Part shown: positions 26,281 through 38,988 of the stretch, piece by piece | Layout: every line of letters starts with the position of its first letter | How positions within the stretch are numbered: the first letter of the stretch is position 1 | Assembly: GCF_009914755.1 (NCBI RefSeq) | Contig: NC_060925.1 | Reading direction: 5' to 3' (one strand) | Source: the human T2T-CHM13v2.0 reference genome, Homo sapiens | DNA: 64,000 nucleotides | The notes under the pieces: generated by a model | The model's database searches: none | What the model saw: only the letters and a program-made list of their open reading frames with translations | What the model was told of the DNA's origin: nothing | Made by a program: the position numbers and the translations under genes

Positions 26281-29200
26281 TGTGCCTAATTATTTGTTAT
26301 AAATATGGAAATGCATAAAACATTGTAAATGAAGTTGTCTGTGCACGTTATATACATATCCTTATTTCTTAGGTGATGCCTGGTAGTAAATTCCTTCAGG
26401 TATACTTTTTACCTTTTTCCATTATGATTTATACATATAATCTACACATGTACATAGTAGATATAATTTTTTCTTTTATAAAGATCAAATGTTTTGTCCT
26501 GTCTTGTAATTAATATAAACATCCTTTTTAAATTATATGTTTTATCTGAGGAACTCTCAGATTCACATCTGAAATGGAGTTCCCAGACCCAGTAAACTAG
26601 CAATCTAATTTCAGGATTCATGAGGTGAGGTTGCAACGGGAAAACAGATTCTCCCCCTGCCCCTTCATCCTATTGTTAGCACTTTGGTCCTACTGTTAGC
26701 ATCATTAAACCAAAAGGGAACAACCCGACTTCTCTGGTGATATATTTGGAGACTTAGTGAAATATTCTGTTTTTTCTTTTTTAACAACTCCCAATACGGA
26801 TTCCCATAATTGACCCCAGATCACTATATTATTTTTTTCTTTTTACTTAGCATTAAGGGTTCATTACTGAATATGCTGTTTTGAATTGCATTCTGTTAAT
26901 ACAGGAACAAATACTACATATTGAGCTCTCACATTTTTGTGTGCCAAATGGAGAAAAGATATTTACTTAGGGTTCAGGTATGAAATTTACATCTCTTCTG
27001 AGATTGAGGCCATAAAATGGAAATTGCCTTCCAAATCCTCATTAAGTTAGAAGGCTTTTACTGACATTTAGAAAGCAAGTTTATGGTCAGAACAAATAAA
27101 AACAGTGCAGATGTCTTCATAAGGCTGATTCCAGAAGATCAGCTGTTTTGTAAAGGTAAGTGATTTGCATCTATTACATATGGATTACCCATTCTTTCCC
27201 AAATTTTTTCCCCAAAGAGATGAATTTTTACCAAAGATTATAGTTATTGTTGTTGTTGTGGTTTTCCTTTTTTTTTTTTCCAAAGGAAAGCAGTTGTCTT
27301 CATGCATAAAAGTCAGTGCTTGTTTTATACATTGCAAGAAACAAAAAGCATATTTTTTGTTTGTTGCTTCCCCAAAAGACATTCCTTTTAGAATGCCTTG
27401 GAACTATGTTCTATCATATCACTCTTTAAAAAAAACAAAGAAGAATATATTCTTATTTGGAAGAGACTTAATATAATCAACTCATGGTTACTTTTACTGA
27501 TGCTTGAGTCTTTTAAATGTAGTAATTGATCAAATTGTATTAAGCCATAAGGGACTTTCTGGAATTCAGTTAAGGCAACTAGGTGAGTGTTACTACTGCA
27601 GGTGAGGTTTCAGGATTCATTTGGTCAGACTGAAGACGTTCTATGTAGTATAAATTGATTATATCTCATTCTTGAACTACAAGACTTTAAAATGCCTTTA
27701 CACTTAAATAATTCTGATAGGGTGATTTTCCTTTGTAGACACTGTAATTATGTTAACATTTGCTGTATTTTGGTGGAATTCATTTACATTAAAATGATTT
27801 ACAAACAGGCATTCCCACATTCTTTGGAGGAAAGTGTCTAATCTCAAAATGGTACTTTTTATTTCTGCTCTGATGTACAAAGCCTGTAAGGACATTTTAT
27901 CATGCTTATAAGAAAACTAGTCAAAATTTACTAACTGATATTAGTCTGCATTAATACAAACTATTGAACCAAAAAACATGACCTTTGTAATCTGGTAAAG
28001 ATACTGATAATTTAAGATTTTCTTTTTCTATGTCTAACCTTTTTAAAAGTGAATTTCATTACATTGTTATTATTTGGATGCATACCTTCATGGTATGAGT
28101 CTGGAGAGTTTTCACCTGGCTGTAGGACAGACACCATGGTCCAAAGGAATTCTTACTCTTCCCAACTCTTAAAGACTTGAAACTTCAAGCAGACCTGACA
28201 TAAAGATGTCTTTGGTATAGCTCTTTGGCTATTTCTAAAGAGTGGATGCACTTTGGCCACCTTTGATAAGTTCCAAGATGATGACAGAAAGAAAAAGATT
28301 GGGAAAGACAGAATGTGCCTGTTCTTTTTGACTTGAGGGAGAGAGAGAATGTGCCACCCTCCTTGATCTTAAGCGTGGGGTGAGAATGGCAACACTTTGT
28401 GTTTTTTATAAGTAGTGCCAATTTTTAAAGGATCACCTGGTGAGACTTGGGATTCCTTTGACTCGAGCTTTTCCTTCACTTTGCCTCATATTTTCTTGGT
28501 AGCTCACTTTCTTTTTCATTGCTAATGTGGGGGCTAGATGTTTCTTCATACTCTCCCAAAACAGGAGTTCTACATAGAAAGGAAGAGAAAGGGAGATTTT
28601 AATCTTCATTTAACAAATGTGTATTGAGCCACCTACAATAACCAGGGCTCTAGAGAGTGTACAAAATCAATTCAAACAAAATCCAACACTCAGGAGCTTA
28701 TGTTTTGGTGTATATAGCTAACATATATGACAAAAGTGATGAAAACCTTAAGAATCTATGATACTTTGCGCCTAGGTCAATAGCTTGCTTCCTTACTTTG
28801 TGGTCCAAGCCATGTACTAATTTTCCTGGCTTTTCTAATGTTTGTGTTTATTCTTCTTTCAAAGGGCAACAATTTTTATGATCCCAAAGCAATTTCACCA
28901 AATTTTAAATACAGTTATGACTCTCATTCAGTTCATTTATGACACAGATGACTATTATACAGAGATGGTACTCATTTAGTACCCTGGCCCTAATACAGGG
29001 CTGTCCCTGTAATAGAATAATGCTTTGCTTCTTTTGGAATCTGAGGGAAGTATAGTATTTTCCCTTTTGCCAGAGAGATCTTTTGTCTCTATGGAGTCAA
29101 AAGTGGGAGGGGTGGGAAGAGAGGTTGGGAACCAGGAAACTAGCCACAGTATTGAGTTTCAGCCAGGTGCATCAGATTGAGAATGTAATGTCCCTAGTTT

Positions 29201-29686
29201 ATTGAACAAGAGCAGAAAAATCTCTTGGAGTTCAAAGCAACCATGGTGTTGATTTTCTCCTTTCTTGAAAACAAGTTTTGAACTTAGACTGTAGAGGTTG
29301 GAGATTTAGGGGGAGAAGATAACCATTTAGGATAATCCATAAAGTTTAGGACTTGACTTAGTTGACCTAGTTAATTTTAGAACTAGGTTGACCTAGTTAA
29401 TTTTAGAAAATTTAACACTGCTACAGTACAATTTAAACTTGAACATTTGATTTCAATTTTTTTTAGAGCTGCATTTTTGCAAGAGGTAACAGAGTTATCT
29501 CAACAAAGTGAGTTCTTGAGAGTTTTGAAGAAATAAAGTATCCAACCATTAAGATTTATGTCTTCCAGTCTTAACTGAGGTTTTCTATATAGTAGGAAGT
29601 GCCACATTTGCTATTTGATTTTAAAAGTGTAGATAGATGTTAGCCATACAAAGTGTAAACAGCCCTAATTAAAATGCTTTCATTGT

Positions 29687-29982
29687 GACCGGGCATGGTG
29701 GCTCACACCTGTAATCCCAGCACTTTGGGAGGCTGAGGCTGGCAGATCACTTGACGTCAAGAGTTCGAGACCAGCCCGGCCAACATGGTGAAACCCCATC
29801 TCTACTAAAAATACAAAAATTAGCTGGGCGCAGTGGCACATGCCTGTAATCCCAGCTACTCAAAAGGCTGAGGCAGTAGAATCACTTCAACCCGGGAAGC
29901 GGGGGTTGCAGTAAACCAGGATCACACCGCTGTACTCCAGCCTGGGTGACAGAGCAAGACTCTGTCTCAATTAAAAAAAAAA
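29687..29982 (+). mobile_element. Alu (AluS)
   Basis: Sense dimer, TSD tttcattgt. Confidence 0.92.
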
Positions 29983-30991
29983 TTTTTTTTTTCATTGTAA
30001 GAACTCATGGCTTATTAAACCACTGGGGGCTTTTGGAATCTTGTTTCTATAATCATTTGTTTCTATTACTAGACTACGTCATTTATTTTACTGTTGCTTT
30101 CTTTTCAATCCATATTGGACAAAATTTGAGACCAAAATTTAAAGGGAGGGGTGCGAAAAAGAAGAGACTCTTAAATGATTTTTAAAATTCAGTACAAGTG
30201 TATTTCATTTTAAATGATAGATATTGTGTTTGCAAAAATGCATGACATCAATCCACTCTGTCCCCCATACTTCAGGTAAATAAACACATTTTCAGTATAC
30301 TTTATGAATATATTATTCACTTTTCTGAAAAGTACATTTAAACTTCAAAATTTTGTATGCACAATAGTAGAATCTGTTTGAATGTACTTGACCTGTTTTT
30401 TCTTCTGCATTGTGAATGCCTTCTTAATTGCCTTCTGCTTTTACTAGCTGCCTGTATCCTAACAATTTGGAGTTGGGAACTCTTCTGAATAGAAATTTTA
30501 TCTTCCATTCTCTATACTCTGCAGATTTTTATATCTAGTCGCAACATTTCTATTATGATTCATACTTCCTCACAACAATTATGAATGTTCTACAGATTTA
30601 GAGGTAGAATTCAAAAACATATACAAGGAAAAAGGCAGGGTGCACTCCTTTTATTAAAAGGCCAGAACACATCCTGGTTCACTGTTGCAAGACCACTGGG
30701 ATGCATTAGGTGAATCTAACTTAGCTTGTGACACAAGTTAATAAAGTTGAATCTGGTTTTTTTGTTTTTTTTAAGGTTGATGGCTGAAGTGAGATTAATT
30801 TCTAAATAGTCTCAACTCTTGAGACTTGCTATATTGCTTATAATGAAGAGGAAAAGGACACTTTCATTACTTTACGTATTTATGTAATTGGAGGGAATGG
30901 AAAGTTTTTGGGAATATGAATCAAATATTAGACTGTTTTCTTATTTTAGTTTGTATATGTTTTAATTGTTTTCTCTCTCTACCCATTAAAG

Positions 30992-31123
30992 ATTCCAGTG
31001 CTGAATATTCAAATGAAAATTTTTCCTGCACTTTGTACTGTAGCAGGGACCATATTTTCCTGTACAAATTACTTCCGTGTAATCTTCACAGGTGGTGTTG
31101 GCAAAAATGGATCAACAATAGCA
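30992..31123 (+). CDS. CEPT1: CEPT1 exon 6, 132 nt
   Basis: ctctctacccattaaag|ATTCCAGTG...ATAGCA|gtaagt; [44 protein letters not shown]. Confidence 0.96.
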
Positions 31124-31603
31124 GTAAGTATACCTTAAGATTTTCAACACTTGTTTACACTAGGACTTGGTTTTGTTGTCATTTTGTTTTTTATTTCAAA
31201 TGTATAAAATCATTTGTTAATTTATAATTTATACTTAGCCTTTAAAGAAACTAATGTTCAAAACTTCAATTTTATATATACTTACCCACATTTATATGCT
31301 TTATATATTCATACTTTTATGCATACACACACACAAACACACTTATTCACATGTTTTTTAAAGTATGAGCTGCTTTGTAAAAATAAGCCTGGTCTCTTAA
31401 GTGAAATCCTCAGTTTGTGCCTAATGAATTTATGCTGCTACTTTTCATTAGCTCTTCTAGTTTGTGATTTATAGAAATTGCTGCCTATCAGGCACCATGA
31501 GGTTCCTGAAAGTTTGAGTTGAACTGTGAACTGTTCTGCAGCAGATCCATGTAGTATCTGATGAGTACTGAATACTATTAACTCTTCTCTTCACTCTGTA
31601 CAG

Positions 31604-31762
31604 GGAACAAGTGTCCTTTCTCCTTTTCTCCATATTGGATCAGTGATTACATTAGCTGCAATGATCTACAAGAAATCTGCAGTTCAGCTTTTTGAAAAGC
31701 ATCCCTGTCTTTATATACTGACATTTGGTTTTGTGTCTGCTAAAATCACTAATAAGCTTGTG
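31604..31762 (+). CDS. CEPT1: CEPT1 exon 7, 159 nt
   Basis: tcactctgtacag|GGAACAAGT...CTTGTG|gtaagc; [53 protein letters not shown]. Confidence 0.96.
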
Positions 31763-32266
31763 GTAAGCACCTGAGTTTTTATTTGCTGTGTTTTTCACTT
31801 TCATCTTATTTTGGATTTATGGCTATAGTTCTCATTCTGTAGCTTCATAAATGGTCCTAGAGTTTGCCCTCTTCTAATCAGAATCTCTTGATATCAACAT
31901 GGGAACTATTTTTACTCTTTTGTGAAGCTACAATTTGAAGTTACTGGAAGTTCTTGGAAAACATACAACTTTTTACCCTTTTATCCACTGTTTAATTTGG
32001 TTATTCAGTTTATTTACATTCTCAGTCTCAATCTGGACACTCAAATTAAGGCTTCTTGTGAAAAGCATCTTTTGTAGGGTTAGTTGACATGATACATCCC
32101 TTTCTTTCTCAGACGCATTTCATATTGTTGGGTTTTTAGTTTTGGGAATTCAACAGCTATTCCTAAATAATTATTGGAAGTTGATATCTGAGCACAATAT
32201 GATTTACTGTGTAGTTCACAATTGTCCTCTTATGAAAATGCCTACGTTATTCTGTTTTATTCATAG

Positions 32267-32392
32267 GTTGCACACATGACGAAAAGTGAAATGCATTTGC
32301 ATGACACAGCATTCATAGGTCCGGCACTTTTGTTTCTGGACCAGTATTTTAACAGCTTTATTGATGAATATATTGTACTTTGGATTGCCCTG
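32267..32392 (+). CDS. CEPT1: CEPT1 exon 8, 126 nt
   Basis: ttttattcatag|GTTGCACAC...GCCCTG|gtaagt; [42 protein letters not shown]. Confidence 0.96.
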
Positions 32393-32649
32393 GTAAGTAT
32401 TGTACTAAGTCTTATTTCATGGTTTGAGGGTTTGAAGGTTGCTTGTTTTCTTATTTTGATGACCCAGTCATGAAAGATCGTTCATATAATTGTAATGATT
32501 TGGAATGTCAGAAATCCACATAAATGGGGCTGTGTGAGAGTTCTATGGCTTTATATTTGAGCCTTTTATTTTTTGCATTAATCTTACTAGTCCTGCCTAC
32601 ATCGGGCAGGGCTCATAAATTGCAAATTTCTGACTGAGTAGAAAAGCAT

Positions 32650-32850
32650 GAATCAGCATACTACACCCTGTGGGCCCATAGCCTGTTTTGGTAAATACAG
32701 TTTTATTGGAACACAGCTATGGCCACTCATTTATATATTGTCTGTGGCTGGTTTCATGGTACAATGGCAGAGTTAAGCAACTGTGACAAAGACAATAAGG
32801 CCCATAAAGCTTAAAATATTTGCCATCTGTCTCTCTAACAAAGAGTTTGT
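32650..32850. mobile_element. MER58A-like hAT MITE in last CEPT1 intron
   Basis: gtaaatacagttttattggaacacagc...atatattgtctgtggctg...aaaatatttgccatctg. Confidence 0.7.
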
Positions 32851-32995
32851 ATGTGAAGGAAAGATTGCAAGGAAATTGAATTATTTTATGGAATGGAAGG
32901 TGAATCTGTAGAGAGAACAGAGTCCAGTCCTCTTTACTTTCAGGAAGCTTAGGGAGAGCCTAAACGGGTGCTGAGAATGTCTCTTTTCTTTCCAG

Positions 32996-33115
32996 GTTTT
33001 CTCTTTCTTTGATTTGATCCGCTACTGTGTCAGTGTTTGCAATCAGATTGCGTCTCACCTGCACATACATGTCTTCAGAATCAAGGTCTCTACAGCTCAT
33101 TCTAATCATCATTAA
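32996..33115 (+). CDS. CEPT1: CEPT1 last exon, coding part to TAA
   Basis: ctcttttctttccag|GTTTTCTCT...CATCATTAA; [39 protein letters not shown]; the seven in-window exons total 912 nt in one open frame. Confidence 0.96.
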   Translation, partial: VFSFFDLIRYCVSVCNQIASHLHIHVFRIKVSTAHSNHH

Positions 33116-33593
33116 TGATGTAATTGGTATATAGGAACATCATGTTTTCTGCAGGAAAGAAAGTAACATATTAAGGAGAATGGGGGTGGATAAGAACAAA
33201 TATAATTTATAATAATCAATGTTGTATAACTTTTATTCTTTATTATTGGTAACACGCCCTAACTATCCTGTGTGAGAATGGGAATTTCAAGTCCCATCTT
33301 GTAAATTGTATATGTTGTCATGCAGGGTTTGGGCCAAGAAAGCATGCAGAAAAAAATGCCATGTGATTGTAATTATCCTGGATTCAGAATAATACTGTGA
33401 TGGGGAGCCAGATCCGCAGTGGTGGAGAGTTCTAATGTTGACTGTTTGCAGGCCAAAAGATGATTGCTTTATAATTTTAACAAATCATTGTCTTTTAGTA
33501 ACATCCTTGTTTAGTGTCTTCTCAAGCTTTCTTTACTGAGGAATTCAGCTTGTGACACAGATACATCCCACTAGCTTGTGAGGTGGAACTAGT

Positions 33594-33925
33594 AATAAAG
33601 ACCTTGAATTTGGATTGAAAAGTTTCCTATCTTTACATTGTTGAGGAAGTCCTTTTTTTTTTTTTTTTTTTTTTAATTGCTCAAGAAATGATTCTCTCAC
33701 AGGCTTGGGAAATCCTGTTAGCATGCAGAATAATGTGGTAACTTTGTCAATTTCCCATTTTATTTTTTTAAATAAATATATGATCTAAAAGCCAACTTTT
33801 TCTCAGTTTTACTCAGTGGAAAGATAAACTAAGTTTTAATGTTATTTTTTTAAATTTAAGCAAAATTTATTTCTGTTCTTTAATAAATAAGAAAATGTGG
33901 TCCACTGCATTGTTGTGATGTGTCT
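33594..33925 (+). terminator. CEPT1: CEPT1 polyadenylation signals
   Basis: AATAAA at 33594, 33771 and 33882; the last is followed by a GU-rich tract (tgttgtgatgtgtcttgtg) at about 33911. Confidence 0.7.
33653..33674. repeat. T22 mononucleotide run in CEPT1 3' UTR
   Basis: 22 consecutive T. Confidence 0.9.
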
Positions 33926-34794
33926 TGTGACATTTCTATTTTGTAGAAACTTTAAAAAGGAGAACTATGTTCATTTTTCCTGTCAATGGTTTTTTTGTGT
34001 TGTAGTTGTCACCTGTGTGATTATCAATCATTTAGAAATCTCATACCCTTCCCCTAAATTTTCAGCAAGTGCCTGGGCCTCTCTAAGAGGTCACTTTGTA
34101 CTCTCCTTTTCTGGCAGTCTCCTCTTTGGTATCTGTACTATCGTTTGAAATGGGAACCAGATATGTTTCCATTTTATACAGATAATTCAGTTGCTTGAAG
34201 AAGAGGGACACAGGAGAAAAGATTTAAACTATTGGCTAAAATGAGGTGTCTTATTATTGATTTTCATCTATATCTTGTCCCATAATCAGGAATAAACAGT
34301 AGCTACACTGCCTTGTATGGCAGCCAGAGCGCTGCTTGCTTGCACTTTTAATGATTCCATCAATACCATGTAGATTGAATTAGCAAGGAGAAGTAAACCT
34401 TTCATTTCTTTGCCAGACTATATTGGGAAATGAAAATCCGTCATTACTTTTCCTTGCTAGCAATTGTTCGAATATCTGGGATAAAGAAATACATACAGGA
34501 AAATGTTAGGGCAGACCAAGTATTAAAAGCTAGGACAGAGCAGGACAAAGGAGGAAGGATAATTCTACTTGTTTGGCAAAGTTACATCAGTTGTCTTACT
34601 GACACATCAGGTACTATCTATAGTGGAAATTGAGGCCCGGAGAGGTTAAATGGCATGCCAGTGTCACTTGCTATTTTTCAGAACAAAAATTAGAATCCAG
34701 ATCTGAATCCTGGTGCAGTGTTCTCTCCTATGCCCTACTGGGCTTTAGTGGGCTAAAGTTCTGAAGCAAGATGTTAAGGGCTAATTGAAATGTG

Positions 34795-34800
34795 TTTATT
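34795..34800 (-). terminator. DENND2D: Probable DENND2D poly(A) signal
   Basis: TTTATT on + (AATAAA on -), about 1.6 kb past the DENND2D stop; the first canonical hexamer I found in that direction. Confidence 0.6.
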
Positions 34801-36409
34801 CTCCTAGATTCTTTTTCAGCATAGATGGAATCTGAAAAGCACTCAGATATTTAGTGTGTGCTTCCTTCAGCCCTAAATACAGCATTAGCATCAAATCAAG
34901 GGTACATTTGTAATAAACCTCAGCAAACCTTACCTGAAGAACCTTTTAAGAAAGTACAGATTTCCAGGTCCTATCACTAGAGATGATTTGGTGTATTTGT
35001 GATGAGGCATAAGAGGATATTTTCACAAGATTCTCAGGATTCCAGTTCCTGTTCTGAAACCTTTGGAGGTACAACTATATTTAGGCACCACTGCCATAAA
35101 CTACCAAAAAAAAATGTAATTCCTAGAAGCTGTGAAGAATAGTAGTGTAGCTAAGCACGGTGTGTGGACAGTGGGACATCTGCCACCTGCAGTAGGTCTC
35201 TGCACTCCCAAAAGCAAATTACATTGGCTTGAACTTCAGTATGCCCGGTTCCACCCTCCAGAAACTTTTGTGTTCTTTGTATAGAATTTAGGAACTTCTG
35301 AGGGCCACAAATACACACATTAAAAAAGGTAGAATTTTTGAAGATAAGATTCTTCTAAAAAAGCTTCCCAATGCTTGAGTAGAAAGTATCAGTAGAGGTA
35401 TCAAGGGAGGAGAGACTAGGTGACCACTAAACTCCTTCAGACTCTTAAAATTACGATTCTTTTCTCAAAGGGGAAGAACGTCAGTGCAGCGATCCCTTCA
35501 CCTTTAGTTAAAGAATTGGACTGTGCTGCTCAAAATAAAGATCAGTTGGAGGTAGGATGTCCAAGACTGAAGGTAAAGGACTAGTGCAAACTGAAAGTGA
35601 TGGGGAAACAGACCTACGTATGGAAGCCATGTAGTGTTCTTCACAGGCTGCTGTTGACTGAAATTCCTATCCTCAAATTACTCTAGACTGAAGCTGCTTC
35701 CCTTCAGTGAGCAGCCTCTCCTCCCAGGATTCTGGAAAGCACACCTGACTCCAAACCAAGGACTTAGATGCCCTGTGTCCAGTGCTGCTGCTGCTTTTAC
35801 CAGTATCTCTTACCCTTCCGGTTAGAAGAAGTAGAGCTGCTGCCCCCCATGATTCTATCACTCCAAACATATCCCCATGGCCAGGTCTTCCACTTGTAGT
35901 CCACTTGATTGTCATATTCATTGCCTTATTTTCCACGAGGAAAATACTTTTACCCATAGTAAAAGCCAAAGACACATATAAAAATAAGATTTTCCTCTTT
36001 ACTCTCGTCCTTACATGTCCACAGACTTCATGTAGAGAGGCTGAGCCTTTCGACCACAAAGTGTGTTCTGTGTTGAAGATGTTATAATGATGGGAGAGGG
36101 CAGTTGCAGCAGCTTCTAACCAAGTGTCTACAACACATGTACTACTGTTTCCTACCTGTGTCACCTCTGCAAAAAATGGAGCTCTGAGCCCAGTTCTGTG
36201 AGCATGGTGTCAGAGCCCTCCAAAGTCCTGAGAAATCAATACCAGGGATCCAAATCTCAGACACCAGTTTGAAGCAATACCTGGATACCAAGACTCAGAG
36301 TGAGGATATGGATTTTGGGAGCTGACAGTTTTGCTGATCCTGCCACACTGGCAGGGGCTGAAGTCCAGAAATGGTGTGTAGCTCTAGTCATTCTTATTCA
36401 CCACAGCTC

Positions 36410-36486
36410 TTATTTCACAGTTTTTTCCCTTGGTTTCTTCTGTTTCTTCTGTTCCTCATATTCAAGTATTTTCTGTTGGAAATAGC
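36410..36486 (-). CDS. DENND2D: DENND2D exon 12, coding part to TAA
   Basis: ccacag|GCTATTTC...GTGAAATAA; (G)YFQQKILEYEEQKKQKKPREKTVK*. Confidence 0.93.
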
Positions 36487-36935
36487 CTGTGGGTTCAAAT
36501 ACAGGTGTTAGAGGCATCTGATCTGGTCAGGCAGATTATAATGAGCTCAGGAATAAGGATCAGAAATATCCTGTCTGCTCCCCATACTGCCATCCCTGCC
36601 AGGATGTCTCTGGCCTCACAGGTTCTGGAGATCCAGACATTCAGTTTTGTCCAAAAAGGAGCCCATAAACAGAGGATACTTAGCAGGAATTAGCTCTAGA
36701 CTAAAACAGAGGAAAGGGCTCAGTCCTGTTCACTAATGGGTAAACCAACTTCCACAAAATGGCAGCCCATTAGACATTTTCTTAGGTTTCAGGTTATGTC
36801 ATTTCAACTCCACTAATAAAAGTCTACCTACAGCTATTTTGTGGGTTTCTAAAGAGAAGTATTCTTTCTTTCCCCTCCTCTTTATTCTAGAGGTAACCCT
36901 CTATGGGCTTAGACTGATGGGGACTGTTACTGTAC

Positions 36936-37175
36936 CTGCAGGAGGATTCTTGCTCTTCTCGGCTTCCTGGATGAAAAGTGAGAAGAGCTGTGTCTTCACA
37001 AACTTCTTCACAAATCGGCGGTTGGTCTTGGAGGTCAGAGCCTTACAGAAGGATCTTTCTTGGAAGTGGCCTTGCCCATTTGCCTCCCGCTTGATATAGG
37101 AAGCATAATGGCCCACAATCTTGACAAAGAACTGCACAAAGGGGCCTGAAACATGCTCGTTGATTTGTTCTGCAG
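36936..37175 (-). CDS. DENND2D: DENND2D exon 11, 240 nt (dDENN region)
   Basis: ctcctgcag|CTGCAGAA...CCTGCAG|gtacag; (T)AEQINEHVSGPFVQFFVKIVGHYASYIKREANGQGHFQERSFCKALTSKTNRRFVKKFVKTQLFSLFIQEAEKSKNPPA. Confidence 0.94.
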
Positions 37176-37506
37176 CTGCAGGAGATATAAAGGCCATCTC
37201 AGAGGGTAGCAGAAGGATGAAATTACCCAAACTCACCTTCAAGAATGGCTTTCTTGCAGGCGGAAAGCTCCTGGGGAAAGCCATAGGGTAGGGTTCATAA
37301 TTACTGACTGAGATGGGAATCTGGGTATGAGTTCTCTGCCATTGCTTAGGAAGAATACAATCCCAAATTCAGACTTGCCCTAGGTTCTAGGCCTCTAGGG
37401 CTGGTCTAGGACTACTGAATGAGTTCATTTTAGTTCTGGAAGGGAATGATTGAGAAGCATGCCCTTGCACTGCCTGGAGAGACCCAAAATAAGAGTAAGG
37501 ACTTAC

Positions 37507-37591
37507 TCTTTAACTCATTGATCCCCTGACCAAGAGAGTCTAAGATGTCATCCTGAAGCTTCGGTGGCAGGATGTCTTTTTCATCACCAAC
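37507..37591 (-). CDS. DENND2D: DENND2D exon 10, 85 nt
   Basis: ctcttctag|GTTGGTGAT...TTAAAGA|gtaagt; VGDEKDILPPKLQDDILDSLGQGINELK. Confidence 0.93.
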
Positions 37592-38016
37592 CTAGAAGAG
37601 GACAGAGCTCCGAGGTCAAGCAGGAAGGAAGTGTGGAGTGAAGGTGGTTGGCAGAAAAGCATAAGGAGGGCATGAATTCTACACCCCCACTCCACCCGCA
37701 AATAGCCACATAGGACAGAAACAACAGAAGCTGTTTCTTGGCCTTTAGTTTGACTCTAGACATTAGCAAGGGATCCTCTCCATCCCGGTGGTACTTGATT
37801 TATATCCCTTGCTTAAAAGGCACTATCACTGATTGTCTTATAGTGAAGTCATCTGTGTTTATGTCCATGGGCTCCTTGAGAGAGATGTGGTCTTTTTAGC
37901 ACAGATTCTCACTCAACAAAGAACTTAAATGTTTGTTTAAATAAGTGGAACATGGATGAAACTAGAGTGGTAGAGTTGTTGATAGGCCTGCAGGGGATCT
38001 GAACCCAGACACTTAC

Positions 38017-38058
38017 CGACATTAAGAAGGTTCCTTCACAAAGATTGACCAGCAGGAC
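38017..38058 (-). CDS. DENND2D: DENND2D exon 9, 42 nt
   Basis: tttatttcag|GTCCTG...ATGTCG|gtaagt; VLLVNLCEGTFLMS. Confidence 0.92.
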
Positions 38059-38694
38059 CTGAAATAAACATAGACTGGCTTTCTCTGGTCCTCTTTCTTC
38101 ATAGACCCCCAGAGGATTTACCGTCTTGATTTCTGCCTGTGGCTGTATCTTTCAGCCCAGGTAGCAACAAAATCAATATCTTCAGTTCTCATTTCCTATC
38201 TAGCATTCTCCTTTCTCACCATTCCCCTCTGGAGATCTCAGTTCCATTCCTGAGGAAAGGGTGTGGGTGTTTGTAGGAAGGGAGTAGGAGAAAGAGCTAA
38301 GGTAGAAGGGAAATACAAGATGGAGAAATCACAGCCAGTCACTCCCTTAATAAAACATTGACTGCAGAAATTGCTTCTACATGGAGCATTTAGTACATTG
38401 TTCACATAAGTGCTTTACACGTTTGATCTCAAGCAACAGTCCCGTGAGGCAGATACAATCTCCATTTTGAAGATGAGGAAACAGACCCAAAGAAGCTGCC
38501 CGAGGTCATACTATGCTGCTAATAAGAGAACCAATTTTTTTCCAAGCCTAGACTGATATTCTTGAGATTGCATTCCTCTCTCTACAATTCCCCTTCAACT
38601 CCCTGCTCTCTAGAACAGAGACCAACATCTTTTTATTTTTTTCATGCTTGCAACATCTTATGTACAATTTTCTATTAGAAAAACTCCTGCCTCT

Positions 38695-38988
<294 letters not shown>

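Noticed and set aside
35673-36164. 163-aa minus-strand ORF in the DENND2D 3' UTR
   Set aside because: Starts at GTG, lies downstream of the main stop, and resembles no family I recognise; an antisense 101-aa ORF overlaps it. It would need Ribo-seq or PhyloCSF support.
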